From Selaginella moellendorffii (lineage: Eukaryota; Plantae; Lycopodiophyta), in NCBI RefSeq assembly GCF_000143415.4, contig NW_003314291.1, positions 1,592,517 through 1,656,516 on the forward strand: a DNA stretch of 64,000 nt, in the 5' to 3' direction. The first letter of the stretch is position 1; each line of letters opens with the position of its first letter. A program made the translations under genes and the position numbers. Shown in pieces: positions 1 to 13,593 of the stretch. The notes beneath the pieces are model-generated. The model worked only from the letters and a program-made list of their open reading frames with translations, had not been told where the DNA came from and did not search any database.

Positions 1-470
1 GGATGAGAAGTGTGAAGTGGCATTTCAACATTTGAAGCAGTGTTGTATCGTTGCTTTGGTGTTGAAGAATTTTTATCTTGAAAAACCTTTTGTGGTCAAG
101 ATAGATGCAAGTGACATTACTATTGGAGCCGTATTACTTCAAGTTGGGCATCCTCTTGCATATTTGAGCCATAAGTTTGATGCCACACAGCAGAATTAGC
201 CTACTCGAGACAAGGAGTTGTATGCTATGATTGTTGTTGTGAAGGAATGGCGACATTATTTGTATGGATTGGACTTCCATATGGATTCAGACCATCAGTT
301 TCTCTAGTATTTTAGTTGACAAAAGGATCTTCGAGGCTGCCTTGCTCGTTGGTAAGAGGCTTGCAGGAAATGTCTATTAAGATCTAATACAAGCATGGAG
401 GTGATAATAAGGTGGTTGATGCATTATCCAAGATGGTAAATTCTATCTCATTCATGAATTTATTTAGTGA
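1..470 (+). pseudogene. Decayed Ty3/Gypsy RNase H fragment
   Basis: Translates as KPFVVKIDASDITIGAVLLQVGHPLAYLS...DKELYAMIVVVKEWRHYLYG...DH, with several in-frame stops. Confidence 0.85.
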
Positions 471-610
471 TCTCTTAGATGAAGCACTCTTTTCCACAGG
501 CAAACCAAGTTTCTTCACCATCTTGGAGCTCAAAAAGTTGTGAGTAGCACCTGGATTGAAAAGAATACTCCCTAAATGTCCCTCTTGGCCTTCACAAGTT
601 GATTGCATAT
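470..610 (-). pseudogene. Decayed Ty3/Gypsy aspartic protease fragment, opposite strand to the adjacent RNase H fragment
   Basis: ILFNPGATHNFLSSKMVKKLGLP is a degenerate LxDxGATHNF motif. Confidence 0.7.
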
Positions 611-1694
611 AGAACCATTAATCTCTACAGAGTTGATATGAACTCAAAACTCAAAATCTTGAACTTTTGCCACAGGGTGTGGAAGAGCCACCTGTAAGCG
701 ACTAAATTTTCCATTCTACTTTAGTCACTTAACCACACCTCTGACCACTTGGAGGAATCTCATTCACAACCTCCATAAGTCCAATCCAGGACTTGGGACT
801 TGCTAGCCCCGAGAATGGCATCCATGCCACTCAACATTTGCACTTGGTCCAAGTGCTCCACGTGTCCGATCCCATGACCGACACTCAAAGGTACCACCGA
901 CATAGCAGCCCATTACGCTAAGGCCATGCCCAATCACCTTTGCCACACTGGTAGTCCAATACCACTTGCATCACCGTCTTGGCTCTCCAAGACTAGGCAA
1001 ACCATCCGTGAGTGGTCATCTCAGATCCACTCCTTAGCATCCTTAGGATGCCCACCGACAAGGGGAATAGCCTTCCCCAATATCCCTCTGTCAGTCCCCA
1101 TTAAGTCCCTTTCTGCCCCTGGCCGTGTTTGCCAACACTGCCACTGGATCGAGACCCACAGGCCCGACCACTAAGTCCCACGGTCCTCTGGGACTTCCTC
1201 ACCACACGACTGTGTCCTTGGTCACTACCCCAGAGGACTGCTCCTCTTCCTTTCCATAGTCTGGGCCTTTGGGACAACATTTCGGAACACCGTGGCCTTA
1301 CGTGAGCCACCTGGGTACTCTCCTCGCCTTCTACCCTTGGGTGATCTAGCCATGGGCTTAGAGCGGGTTCCGTTGAGCCACGCCAGGTATCCAAGTAGGT
1401 AGTGCCACCCACACTTGGACTGGGAGCATCGGCCAGTCGATCTCCCGGGGGAACTAGAGCCGGCTCTTGAACAGTTCACCAAGCTACCCCGCTTGTCGGT
1501 CTGTGTTCACTCTAGTCTTGGACTTCCCAGTGGGCAGCTCATCACCCAACACTGGGTCCGGCCTTCCTGGGCCAAACTGGCCTTTCCTGGCCAAACTGGC
1601 TCCACTGCAGTCCTCCCCCTACTATACTTTTGGAGCTCACCAAACCCCCCAGGGTCTGGGAGACGAACGCTTTGGGCTTTCACCCTCTCAGGCT

Positions 1695-1776
1695 CCGGAC
1701 TCGGACTCGGACTCGGACTCGGACTCGGACTCGGATTCGGGCTCGGGCTCGGTCTCGGCCTCGGTCTTGGTCTCGA

Positions 1777-1808
<32 letters not shown>

Positions 1809-2386
1809 CCGGTCTCGGTCTCGACTTCGGACTCCATCTCGGACTCCATCTCGGGTCCAGCTCGGACTCCATCTCGGGTCCAGCTCGGACTCCATCTCGG
1901 ACTCCATTTCGGGTCCATCTCGGGTCCACCTCGGACTCCATCTCGGACTCCATCTCGGACTCCATCTCGGGTCCATCTCGGGTCCACCTCGGACTCCATC
2001 TCGGACTCCATCTCGGACTCCATCTCGGGTCCATCTCGGGTCCATCTCGGACTCCATCTCGGACTCCATCTCGGGTCTATGTCGGTCTGTGTTCACTCTA
2101 GTCTTGGACTTCCCAGTGGGCAGCTCATCACCCAACACTGGGTCCGGCCTTCCTGGGCCAAACTGGCCTTTCCTGGCCAAACTGGCTCCACTGCAGTCCT
2201 CCCCCTACTATACTTTTGGAGCTCACCAAACCCCCCAGGGTCTGGGAGACGAACGCTTTGGGCTTTCACCCTCTCAGGCTCCGGACTCGGACTCGGACTC
2301 GGACTCGGACTCGGACTCGGATTCGGACTCGGACTCGGGCTCGGGCTCGGTCTCGGCCTCGGCCTCGGCCTCGGTCTTGGTCTCGA

Positions 2387-2418
<32 letters not shown>

Positions 2419-3102
2419 CCGGTCTCGGTCTCGACTTCGGACTCCATCTCGGACTCCATCTCGGGTCCAGCTCGGACTCCATCTCGGACTCCATTTCGGG
2501 TCCATCTCGGGTCCACCTCGGACTCCATCTCGGACTCCATCTCGGACTCCATCTCGGGTCCATCTCGGGTCCATCTCGGACTCCATCTCGGACTCCATCT
2601 CGGGTCTATCTCGGACTCCATCTCGGACTCCATTTCGGGTCCATCTCGGGTCCACCTCAGACTCCATCTCGGACTCCATCTCGGACTCCATCTCGGGTCC
2701 ATCTCGGACTCCACTTCGGACTCCACTTCGGACTCCAACTCGGGTCCATCTCGGACTCCACTTCGGACTCCACTTCGGACTCCAACTCGGGTCCATCTCG
2801 GGTCCACCTCTGACTCCACTTCGGACTCCAACTCGGGTCCATCTCGGACTCCACTTCGGACTCCAACTCGGGTCCATCTCGGGTCCACCTCGGACTCCAC
2901 TTCGGACTCCATCTCGGATCCATCTCGGGTCCATCTCGGACTCCATCTCGGACTCCATCTCGGGTCCATCTCGGACTCCATCTCGGACTCCATTTCGGGT
3001 CCATCTTGGGTCCACCTCGGACTCCATCTCGGACTCCATCTCGGACTCCATCTCGGGTCCATCTCGGACTCCACTTCGAACTCCAACTCAGGTCCATCTC
3101 GG
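1695..3102. repeat. Tandem array in the family A LTR: (CTCGGA)n/(CTCGGG)n/(CTCGGT)n hexamers, then CTCGGACTCCAT 12-mers mixed with CTCGGGTCCAT 11-mers. Interrupted by a duplicated LTR segment (1495-2080 repeated from 2081).
   Basis: Directly visible. It produces low-complexity ORFs in all six frames. Confidence 0.95.
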
Positions 3103-3335
3103 ACACTCCCACGTGTCATGTGTTGGTCCTTTTGGGTCCCTTTTTGGAGCCTCGCCTTTTGCTTGCTTCGTGCTCGTTCCTCGAGCACTTCGTTAGGAGT
3201 TCCACTCCCGCTCTTGACTTTTCAAGTCGGAGCTTTTGGTCCAAACGTGTTACGCTTGTTTGGCTCTCGCTTCGGCCACTACCATGTGGCGCCCTTCCGA
3301 CTCCACTTTGGGGCCTAGGGATTTTGTGTCTTACA

Positions 3336-3350
3336 ACTCCACCACCCATA
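3336..3350 (-). promoter_or_regulatory. Polypurine tract of the family A element
   Basis: Minus strand reads TATGGGTGGTGGAGT directly before the LTR start TGTAAGAC. Confidence 0.7.
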
Positions 3351-6300
3351 GACGAAGTTCGATGTCCTCATCGAATGGTGAACCATTTTATAAAGTAACA
3401 CCCGCATGTGTTACCATTTCCATCCTTGGCGCGTAGCCAATATTTGTCAATGGTGTGACATTGAAGGCTCACCATGCTTTCTCCATATTCATCAATGGTT
3501 GGACATTGAAGGCTCACCATGCCTTTTGCATATCCTCTAAGGAGGGTAGTCTCTCCAACTTAGAGACTGATTGGACCACATATAGTGGTTCTTTCCTTTT
3601 ATTGGTTTAGTTCTCGCTAAACCTCTTAGAGACCCTTCTCTAAGTCAATCCCACTACTCCTTCTCGAGTAGTCTCAATTTCCATCGCTATAACCTTTGCA
3701 CTTTGGAACTTTGAATTTTGACTTCTTGGAGTCAATTTCCTAGGTGTCTCCGACACCTTGCCTTGCACCTTTTTGTGCAACTCCACTTCCCATCCTAGGA
3801 AGTTCTCCACTCGAGGGCACCATCATCCTCTCTTCTATTTCGTGCCAAAGTTCCAGTTATCATACTTTGTGCTAGGGCTGTTCATGGCCCTATCATTTGG
3901 CTACCTTACCGCTCCCTCCCTTGGAACTTCCACTTTCGCCAAATCGGAGCATTTCGGAATCCCTCCTTGGAAACACACTTCCTTTCCCGCAACTTGTTAG
4001 CGTCCAACACATTAGTGTTCCTCGCCTAACTTTGTCACTTGGATTCCTTCCAAGAGATTCCACGGCCCTATCTTGGCCACTCATCTTTTGCTCCTATTCG
4101 TTGATTGTTGCACCAAGCAACATCGAATCTCTACCTCCCTCCTTGAGGTATTGTTTCGGTTCCATAGCAAAGACTCTTCTTTGCCAAGTCCGGAGGATGT
4201 TCACCCCTAGTACGTCTCTTTAGCATCTTCTGCTATGGGCTCTATCCACGGCCCAACTTCGTGACCCTCCCATGGGTCTTTTATAGAGACTACTTTCCTC
4301 GGACTCACTATGCCATCGCACGGACATAGTTTATTTCCCTTAGGTGCTCTTCCCACTTGGTTATCACGACCAAGCCACACCACCTTAAACAGTTCAATTT
4401 CAACATTTTGAACCAGGAACTTCATTCCTTAGTCAACTAAGGACCTTGTCCTTATATGGCCATAAGATCACCTAGTGATCTCACCTTGGCACCTTAACAG
4501 AGTTGCCAAGAGGTACTTGGTCTTCTAGACCTCCAAGTTGTTGACTATAACCCCGGGGGCATCCCCCACACTTGGCGGTGCACCCAAGCCAGCCCTTACG
4601 GCCAAGGGTTCATAGCAACTGAGATTAGGTGTCCCCATCTCACTCACCACGACCTTGGTGCCACTTGCACCAAAGTGTTCAAGTTAGATATGCTGAGCTT
4701 TCACACTAAGCAATCTAACCGTGCATCACGACTCCGAGGCATCCCTCACTTGGCGGTGTGCCCAAACCAGTCTCCCCACTGAGAGTCCATGACCACCGAA
4801 ATATGAGTGTCCTCATATTCCAAACCATCACCACGCCCTAGTGATTTGGGACTCGAACCCAAGCACTAGAGGGTCGGGACTTGAACCCAACCTCCGTATA
4901 TGCATTTACGGACGGCATCACACAAGATGCCTGGCGTGACTCCCCACGCCGGTGCACCAACTTATTTTTAAAGCGCGCTACAGATCACAGCTTAGGAACC
5001 TAGTTCCTCCACACTGCCAAGTCCTCTCGTTTGACATGTTTGTGATCATGCATGGACTCCTCCATGCTTGGCCCCATGGCCCACCCTTTTTGAAGTTATC
5101 ACCTTCAACTAGGGTATTTGTTCCCCCGACGTGCCAATCTCACTTGGCAAGTCCTCCGACCACTGTAACATGGTTCCTGCATAAGCGTGAAAGTCCTTGA
5201 CCATCGACTTTCGTTCAAAGCCCTCTCCTTGAACACTCGGGAACTACTTCCCTAACCTTGATAGCCTTGCCTCATGGCAAGCTTCAAGACCACGCTTCTG
5301 CTGCGCCACTCTGATTTCGCGCGTTCCATGAACCATTTACACTTGGCCTTTCTAGGTACTAAGCTACCTAGAATCGTCTTTGGGAACCTTGAAGGAACTC
5401 TGTCCCTCAGCTTGCTAAGGCCTCCCTTTTTGCAAGCCTTCCAAATGCCACATAGTCTAACATGGACAATTCCATATTTTAGACTCTCCATGGCATCACG
5501 GTTGCTAGCGGCAACACCCTCGAGCCCCCACTTGATTCTCCACTCCCAGTTGGCATAACCAACTTTGGTTATGCCTTTTGATTCCTACGGTTCGGTTCTA
5601 TCCCCTTACTTCTTGCTTTTTGGCTTCACACCTTTCCTTTGGTCATTCTCCTCCAGACCAGGAGGATAGCTTTGCACTTTCTATCATGCTTTAGCAAGTA
5701 TTCTTAGGGATGAACATACCCAATAGCCTAGGGAGTGGTTCCTCAATCCGGGTATGCTCACCTTATAATCCCACACACTGGGATTACATTGTTGCTTATG
5801 GGCCTTTACATGCCCATCACTAGCCTTGCCAAAATTCCATTTTTGGCTTTGTCCAACTCGGGTAGACAGTCCTCTCCTGTCTCCGCAACCTTGGACATTT
5901 GGATAGCACCTTCTATCCATCATTCGCTAGGGACTTAGTCCCTTGGGCTTTATCCATTGCCCTCGCGACATCAAACACCACCTTCTGGTGTTCTAGAGTG
6001 TTCGGGTGTCCCAATGATGGCTTTCTTGACAATGAGTATTTCCTTTTATGACATTGACTTACTATATCGCAACACAAGCAACTTATCCCTCGTAAGGGTA
6101 TATCTAACTTCCCTATGCTATTAAGAAGTCTTGGGTAGCTACCTTCTACCCGTTTAACCAGTTATTTTGCACCTCTTGCTTAGTTGCCTCATAGTTGTCA
6201 AGTCCTACAACTCATTGCTTGGTGCTTTCACACCTCCATCATTATCTGGGTCACCACACTCCAACTGCATGCTCTGCAGCTTAGGCTATGCTATTCCCAT

Positions 6301-7422
6301 TTCCATTGGGATTCCTTTGGCAAGAGGTTCTCATGAACCCACCAACATAGCCTCAAGGTATCACACCTTGGCACATTTGGTGTCTCCACACCATCGGCTC
6401 CACGAGCCTACCTCTATGACATTTCCCCTTCGTGTCTAAGTCTTTGCCAAGACCAACACCGCTCTTTCTCATGCCAACCATCCGTTAGCACTGCACCATA
6501 GAGGTCACACACAACTTTATGTCAAAGTTGTTTTCTTCTGGGAACACCTTTCCCATAACTTTAGCATGGCACATTTTGCCATCAATGAGATACCCTCTGT
6601 TCTCATCCTTGGATCCTATGATCCCCCCCCATCCTTTGTGGGGTACAACACACCTCAGTCCAAATGCTTCCATCAGTCCTTTTAGGACCATCCGTTGACT
6701 CTACTTGAGTCATCCAGCAGTTTTGGACTTGGTTAATCCACAGACTCGTAAGGTCCTACTTGTGAGGCATTAGCTCACTGGAATACACTTCTTGCATTCC
6801 TGTCCTACTCAAAAGGACTATTTTCACAAGTGTTACTCCGACACTTGATTTTGTTCTCTGGGGGCAACCTTTGCCCCTTAGGACTACTTGTCCATGTGAT
6901 GAGAACACCAACTCATCCACTTAATACACCCCCAACTCCTTGGGTTGTTCCAGCATTTATTAGAGGTAGCCCCGGCTACCTTTTCAAGGACTTGAGTCCT
7001 CTTCCGTATTTGACCTCCCACGGTCATTACTTCTGGTCTCACATTCATGAGGACCAACCTCAACTATATGAGGAAAATCTTGTGACTCCTTTATTGCTTT
7101 GGAGTCTTTATCTTTCCCGTGATCCCAACTGTAGTTGTTTACCACAACTACATTAGCCAGTTTGCTAAGTCAAACGCTCATCTGGGTCACATCCTCAACT
7201 CTCTGAGGAAAACCATATACTGTTCCCAAGATCCCAAAGTCGTTCCCTTACTGGCCCCTTTTCTATCCACCACATCGCGCCCAAGTTCATGCATGAACTT
7301 GAGTGGAGAGCCATGTCCTCTCGACGTGCTACTCCTCAAGGATAGGCCCACTCCTAGGACCTTCCGATGCCAATATCAATGGTGATATACTTGAGCACCA
7401 ATAAAAGTCGGACTAAGGAACA

Positions 7423-7434
7423 GCTCCGATACCA
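7423..7434 (-). promoter_or_regulatory. Primer-binding site (tRNA-iMet type) of the family A element
   Basis: Minus strand reads TGGTATCGGAGC, 3 nt from the LTR end. Confidence 0.9.
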
Positions 7435-8439
7435 AATTGTAAGCGACTAAATTTTCCATTCTACTTTAGTCACTTAACCACACCTCTGACCACTTGGAGG
7501 AGTCTCATTCACAACCTCCATAAGTCCAATCTAGGACTTGGGACTTGCTAGCCCCGAGAATGGCATCCATGCCACTCAACATTTGCACTTGGTCCAAGTG
7601 CTCCACGTGTCCGATCCCATGACCGACACTCAAAGGTACCACCGACATAGCAGCCCATTACGCTAAGGCCATGCCCAATCACCTTTGCCACACTGGTAGT
7701 CCAATACCACTTGCATCACCGTCTTGGCTCTCCAAGACTAGGCAAACCATCCGTGAGTGGTCATCTCAGATCCACTCCTTAGCATCCTTAGGATGCCCAC
7801 CGACAAGGGGAATAACCTTCCCCAATATCCCTCTGTCAGTCCCCATTAAGTCCCTTTCTGCCCCTGGCCGTGTTTGCCAACACTGCCACTGGATCAAGAC
7901 CCACAGGCCCGACCACTAAGTCCCACGGTCCTCTGGGACTTCCTCACCACACGACTGTGTCCTTGGTCACTACCCCAGAGGACTGCTCCTCTTCCTTTCC
8001 ACAGTCTGGGCCTTTGGGACAACATTTCGGAACACCGTGGCCTTACGCGAGCCACCTGGGTACTCTCCTCGCCTTCTACCCTTGGGTGATCTAGCCATGG
8101 GCTTAGAGCGGGTTCCGTTGAGCCACACCAGGTATCCAAGTAGGTAGTGCCACCCACACTTGGACTGGGAGCATCGGCCAGTCGATCTCCCGGGGGAACT
8201 AGAGCCGGCTCTTGAACACTTCACCAAGCTACCCCGCTTGTCGGTCTGTGTTCACTCTAGTCTTGGACTTCCCAGTGGGCAGCTCATCACCCAACACTGG
8301 GTCCGGCCTTCCTGGGCCAAATTGGCCTTTCCTGGCCAAACTGGCTCCACTGCAGTCCTCCCCCTACTATACTTTTGGAGCTCACCAAACCCCCCAGGGT
8401 CTGGGAGACGAACGCTTTGGGCTTTCACCCTCTCAGGCT

Positions 8440-8539
8440 CCGGACTCGGACTCGGACTCGGACTCGGACTCGGACTCGGACTCGGACTCGGGCTCGGGCT
8501 CGGGCTCGGGCTCGGTCTCGGCCTCGGTCTTGGTCTCGA

Positions 8540-8571
<32 letters not shown>

Positions 8572-9325
8572 CCGGTCTCGGTCTCGACTTCGGACTCCAT
8601 CTCGGACTCCATCTCGGGTCCAGCTCGGACTCCATCTCGGACTCCATTTCGGGTCCATCTCGGGTCCACCTCGGACTCCATCTCGGACTCCATCTCGGAC
8701 TCCATCTCGGACTCCATCTCGGGTCCATCTCGGGTCCATCTCGGACTCCATCTCGGACTCCATCTCGGACTCCATCTCGGACTCCATCTCGGGTCCATCT
8801 CGGGTCCATCTCGGACTCCATCTCGGACTCCATCTCGGGTCCATCTCGGACTCCATCTCGGACTCCATTTCGGGTCCATCTCGGGTCCACCTCGGACTCC
8901 ATCTCGGACTCCATTTCGGGTCCATCTCGGGTCCACCTCGGACTCCATCTCGGACTCCATCTCGGACTCCATCTCGGGTCCATCTCGGACTCCACTTCGG
9001 ACTCCACTTCGGACTCCAACTCGGGTCCATCTCGGGTCCACCTCTGACTCCACTTCGGACTCCAACTCGGGTCCATCTCGGACTCCACTTCGGACTCCAA
9101 CTCGGGTCCATCTCGGGTCCACCTCGGACTCCACTTCGGACTCCATCTCGGATCCATCTCGGGTCCATCTCGGACTCCATCTCGGGTCCATCTCGGACTC
9201 CATCTCGGACTCCATTTCGGGTCCATCTTGGGTCCACCTCGGACTCCATCTCGGACTCCATCTCGGACTCCATCTCGGGTCCATCTCGGACTCCACTTCG
9301 GACTCCAACTCGGGTCCATCTCGGA
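8440..9325. repeat. Tandem array in the second family A LTR
   Basis: Same hexamer and 11/12-mer units as 1695-3102, with different copy numbers. Confidence 0.95.
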
Positions 9326-10696
9326 CACTCCCACGTGTCATGTGTTGGTCCTTTTGGGTCCCTTTTTGGAGCCTCGCCTTTTGCTTGCTTCGTGCTCGTT
9401 CCTCGAGCACTTCGTTAGGAGTTCCACTCCCGCTCTTGACTTTTCAAGTCGGAGCTTTTGGTCCAAACGTGTTACGTTCGTTTGGCTCTCGCTTCGGCCA
9501 CTACCATGTGGCGCCCTTCCGGCTCCACTTTGGGGCCTAGGGATTTTGTGTCTCACACCGTGTTAGACAAAGAGGTTATCCCTAACTCATTTAAGTTGGT
9601 GCATTTCTCACATAGTGTGAGTACTGTGAACGTTTTCTAGAGTTATTTTCTTGGCGGTATTCTAGACTCGAGTATGCATCGACAAGGACGTCAATCTTCC
9701 CTAAGGGGGGAGAGTGTTGCAAATATGACTTCGGGTATCAAAAGTTACCTGTCGGCTAGTCCTTACGAACACTCTTACCTTACTGCCATGATGGCAAGAG
9801 GTCGGTATTGTTGGACCTGTTATCAATTTCCCACTTGAGCTAATTGAGAAATTGGTCAATGACCGTGCACTTAAATCGGATAAACATAAGGTAGGAACTC
9901 CTATGTGTTTCTTGCTGAGCATACTCGGCCTGGTTTGAGAAACTCCTGTCATTGGCTTGCTGGAGAAGGGAGAAAAAGACAAGCTCGAGGATTCAAGCTT
10001 AGGAAAGTAAACTTGAAAGGTTCAAGGTTAGGACTGTATTCCTAACCTTGACGTGAGCAATAGTGACTATAAAAGTAGGACTTAGAATGTTTTTAGACTT
10101 ATCCCTAATACAAAATATATTGCAATACATCGTCATTTTGCCTATCTCTTTGGCTCTTCATGGCAATGGCAATGTCTTACTTACCCACCGCCTTCAAGGG
10201 ATCAAAGGCGTGGGCATGGTTGGTCCCGAACGCGCTCGGCCGAAATCCCGACCACCACTGAACGCGGTCGGCCAAACGCGGTCGGACAGCTTCGTTTGGT
10301 ATTCCGTTCGGCAAAAAAAAAATGGTGATCGCGCTAGATTTCTGATGCTGCAGCGGCTATCGCCATTGCCCTCCACTGCTTTGCTGTTCTCCTGCTGCCA
10401 TGGAGAGATCCATCCATCAGATTCCATCCACGAATGCCCAGCCCAGCTGCCTAGCAAGCCTACATAGAATCCGACGAAGAGGGCTAAAGCTTATAGGAGC
10501 TGCGTGTGTGCCAAGCTCTACAGGGCGACACTCTCTGGCCTCTGCTTTCGATTGAGTGTGGAGCAGAGCAGCTCGCTACCTTGCAAATCAAATCACCCAG
10601 TCCACGACGCTTGAAATTTTTGCCCTAAATTGGAAATTCTAGTGATTTCAGAGATTTGATTCTAGCAATTCATAGCAATTCTGGCACAATTGAGCG

Positions 10697-12832
10697 ATGG
10701 CGCCCGATTGGGCATGGTCCCATGTTACCAAGCTCACTCCTTATGCTTTCGGCAAAGGAGCTGGGCGTTGGAAATGTAATTATTGTGGTAAAATGTATGG
10801 CAGTCCGCCGAAATGAATCAAGGCATCTTGCTAAAGTTTCTGGGCATGATATTGAAGCATGTAGTGCTTCAAACGTTCCTCTTCATGTTCAGAATCAAGC
10901 TCGCCAAATGTTTGTGGAGCAAATAGCAAATGCCCCTTTGTCTTTACCTTCTACAGCAAATCTACAGAATAGGCATTTTGATGGGGCATCTGCTTCTAGA
11001 GCTGGTACACAAAGTGCTAGTCAATCTCAGCCTATGAGTGCTTCTATAGGCCATGAGGGATCATCTGTTGGTCGAAAGTGAATGCGAGATGGTAATATTG
11101 AGGAAATGCTTGATGATGCAAGAAACATAAACTTAGATGATGCGATATCAAAGTTCATTTTCTTGAATGCTATACCATTTAATGTTGTGAAAAGCCTATA
11201 TTTTCATGTGATGATCGCAGCCGCTTGTAGTGCTGGACCTAGTGCTACATTGAGGATTCTTGGTTACAAGAAGTTTCGTACTACTCAACTCACTCGTCAC
11301 TATACTCTAATCAAGGAGAAGTTAGCCCCTTTTCGTGATGGATGGGCTCGGTTTGGATGTACAATAGTGACTGATGGATGGTCTGATATAAAGAGCAGAT
11401 CATTCATAAATTTCATGGTTACCTCTATCCATGGCTTAGTATTTTGGCAGGGTGTTGACACCAAAGGAGAAGAGAAGACTGGTCTTTGGCTTTGGGAGCA
11501 ACTTAGACCCATCATTTTGGATGTTGGTGTTGAAAATGTTGTTCAAGTCATCACTGATAATGCTTCGAATTGTGTATTGATGGGGGAACATATGAGAGAA
11601 AAATTCCCCTTTATCTTGTACAATCGATGCGTGTGCCATGTTTTGGACTTGTTATTGGAGGATATTGGGAAGTTTGATTGGGTGTCTAAGATCGTAAATG
11701 ACTGTGAGAAGATTGTGAAGTTCATAACTAAGAAGCCGATATTACTTGCTTTATCTCGAAAGTTCTGCTCTAGAGAACTCATGAAGCCTGCGAAGACTCG
11801 ATTCGCTTACATCTTTCTTATGGTCAGCCAGCTCCAGCATGAAGATGTTTTCCCATGCCTTCGACGATTCATAGTGAGTGCAGAATTTGAATCGTCGAAG
11901 CAGTATAACACAAAGGATGCCAAAGATGTTCGTACAACAATTTTCAAGATGAATTTTGGAAGAACGCTTCTACTTTATTGGTTATGGTAGCTCCTATTTT
12001 AAAGGTGTTACGTCTTGCCGATCGTGAGGGAGCAACAACAGGATTAATTTATGAAGCAATGTATCGTATGATTGAAGGATTGGAGCTTGCAGCTCAAGAT
12101 GGCAAGCTTGATACGGATAAAATTGATGCAATTAAGTGTGTCTTGGTTGAAGACCAACATAGATGGAGAGCTCGATGGTTTATGATACATAGCTCTATGC
12201 ACAGTGTTGCACATGCTTTGAATCCTTCATACCTTGAGCAAGACTTGGATGCTGAGGTAAGAAGTGATTGGATGGATTATTTATCACTCTATTGCTGTGG
12301 GGACACTCAGCTGGAAGAGAAGTTGGATGAGCAATTCAATATGTTTCGATGAGGAATTGGAAGAGCTATCAATCGGGATTTGCCGAAGAGCAAAGTAAAA
12401 AGGAAATTCCCAGTGTCTTGGTGGGAATCTTATGGATATGAGATGCCTGAGCTCAGGAAGTTAGCACTTCGTGTGTTAAGCCAAGGAGTGTGCTCTTCTC
12501 TATGTGAGCGAAATTAGAGTAGTTGGAACTTGATCCAAACCAAACGACACAATCACTTGCTTCCGGAGAACTTGAAGAAGTTGGTTTATGTACACAGTAA
12601 CACCAGAGTGGTGGATCATATTGAAAGTGAAGGAATGAAGTTTCTAGAGATTGATCTCGACACAATTGCAATCGAACCACAATGGATGAGGATTGTAGAG
12701 ATGCAAGCTAAGCTTGAATCTCTTGGTATAGAAGATTTAGCCGAAGAAGATCTTCCAAATAAAGATGTGATTGTTGAAGAAGATGCCGGAGATGTCAAGG
12801 AACTTGCCGAAGATGTTGAAGAAGATGAGTAG
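10697..12832 (+). pseudogene. hAT transposase (partial BED finger, DUF659-type core, C-terminal dimerization region), disrupted
   Basis: Motifs WKCNYCGK, GCTIVTDGWSD, NVVQVITDNA, CVCHVLDLLLEDIG, PAKTRFA and PVSWWESYG..PELRKLALRVLSQ, with stops and frameshifts. Confidence 0.9.
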
Positions 12833-12835
12833 TAG

Positions 12836-12868
12836 TTGGTTTGGTTTGGTTTGGTTTGGTTTGGTTTA
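12836..12868. repeat. (TTTGG)n microsatellite just after the hAT transposase stop
   Basis: Directly visible. Confidence 0.9.
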
Positions 12869-13214
12869 ATGCTTTGGTTTTCCTACTTTTATTAATGTGG
12901 TTTTACTAAAAATGTTTTTTTTTTATCAAAAAAATTTTGTGAACCGTTCGGCCGTTCGGCATTTTCACAGCTGGTCAATAACCACGGTTGGGTGGTCGGC
13001 CGGTCGGCGTTCGGAACGGTCAGGATTAACCATGGGTATGGGACTAGCACCTTCAAGCACATGTTCACAGTCTCTACTTAGTTTGGCACAAGCAGGTAAG
13101 TGCATTCTTCTCGTAGTGTAGTTTTAGATTTAGGGACTAGTTTAGATTTGAAACTCCTAGGAAGATCTTGTGTGGATGTTTCCCTCCTAGTTTAGAGATT
13201 CCAGGAGTTTTCAT

Positions 13215-13232
13215 TGGTGACCACAGTGGGAT
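13215..13232 (+). promoter_or_regulatory. Primer-binding site, probably tRNA-Arg
   Basis: TGGTGACCACAGTGGGAT follows the LTR end and resembles the complement of the plant tRNA-Arg(UCG) 3' end, as recalled. Confidence 0.7.
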
Positions 13233-13593
13233 AAGGTGACGTGAAGAGTTCGTGGGATAGAGCAGACCAAGACGCTCATTTCCCCCAAAACTGCAAGGAA
13301 AACGGACCAAAGACACACAAGAAAATGGCATAGGAAGAAAAAGACCCAAAAATCAAGAAAAACAAGACCGTAAAACAAAAACGGTGGAAGGGCATGAAGG
13401 CATGAAGAAAAAAAAAATGGAGTGTAAGACCAAAAGATGAAGAACACTTGAAGATTGAAGCCACCCAAGTCGTGGAAGACTTGGAGCGTACACGTAACTG
13501 TTTTGGCGAGAGGTTGAAGAAAGCAAATATTCCAAGAATCTGCGATAAGGAAACGACCAAGGGAAAATTCTAGCGGCTGGAGATGGAGGAAAA

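Larger units (their letters stand above)
693..9557 (-). mobile_element. Family A non-autonomous LTR retroelement (LARD-like) with two LTRs and a non-coding interior
   Basis: LTRs 693-3335 and 7438-9557 are TG...CA and near-identical outside the repeat array. PBS at 7423-7434 and PPT at 3336-3350 are on the minus strand. No long ORF lies in 3336-7437. The flanks CCACC/CCGTG do not form a clean TSD. Confidence 0.85.
10215..13034 (+). mobile_element. hAT DNA transposon inserted in an LTR
   Basis: Imperfect TIRs CATGGTTGGTCCCGA / TCAGGATTAACCATG. The 8-bp TSD is GGCGTGGG (10207-10214) / GGTATGGG (13035-13042). The empty site GGCGTGGGACTAG is present in the 3' LTR. Confidence 0.93.

Noticed and set aside
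1415-3398. Long overlapping ORFs (SR-, GL-, SD- and EMES-repeat proteins) in all six frames, also at 8160-9566, 30004-30962 and 61214-62172
   Set aside because: They are artefacts of a stop-free tandem array inside LTRs, with no protein-like complexity.
688-9562. TSD for the first family A element
   Set aside because: The flanks CCACC and CCGTG do not match. A CACC match would need the right LTR to end 2 bp earlier than other copies.
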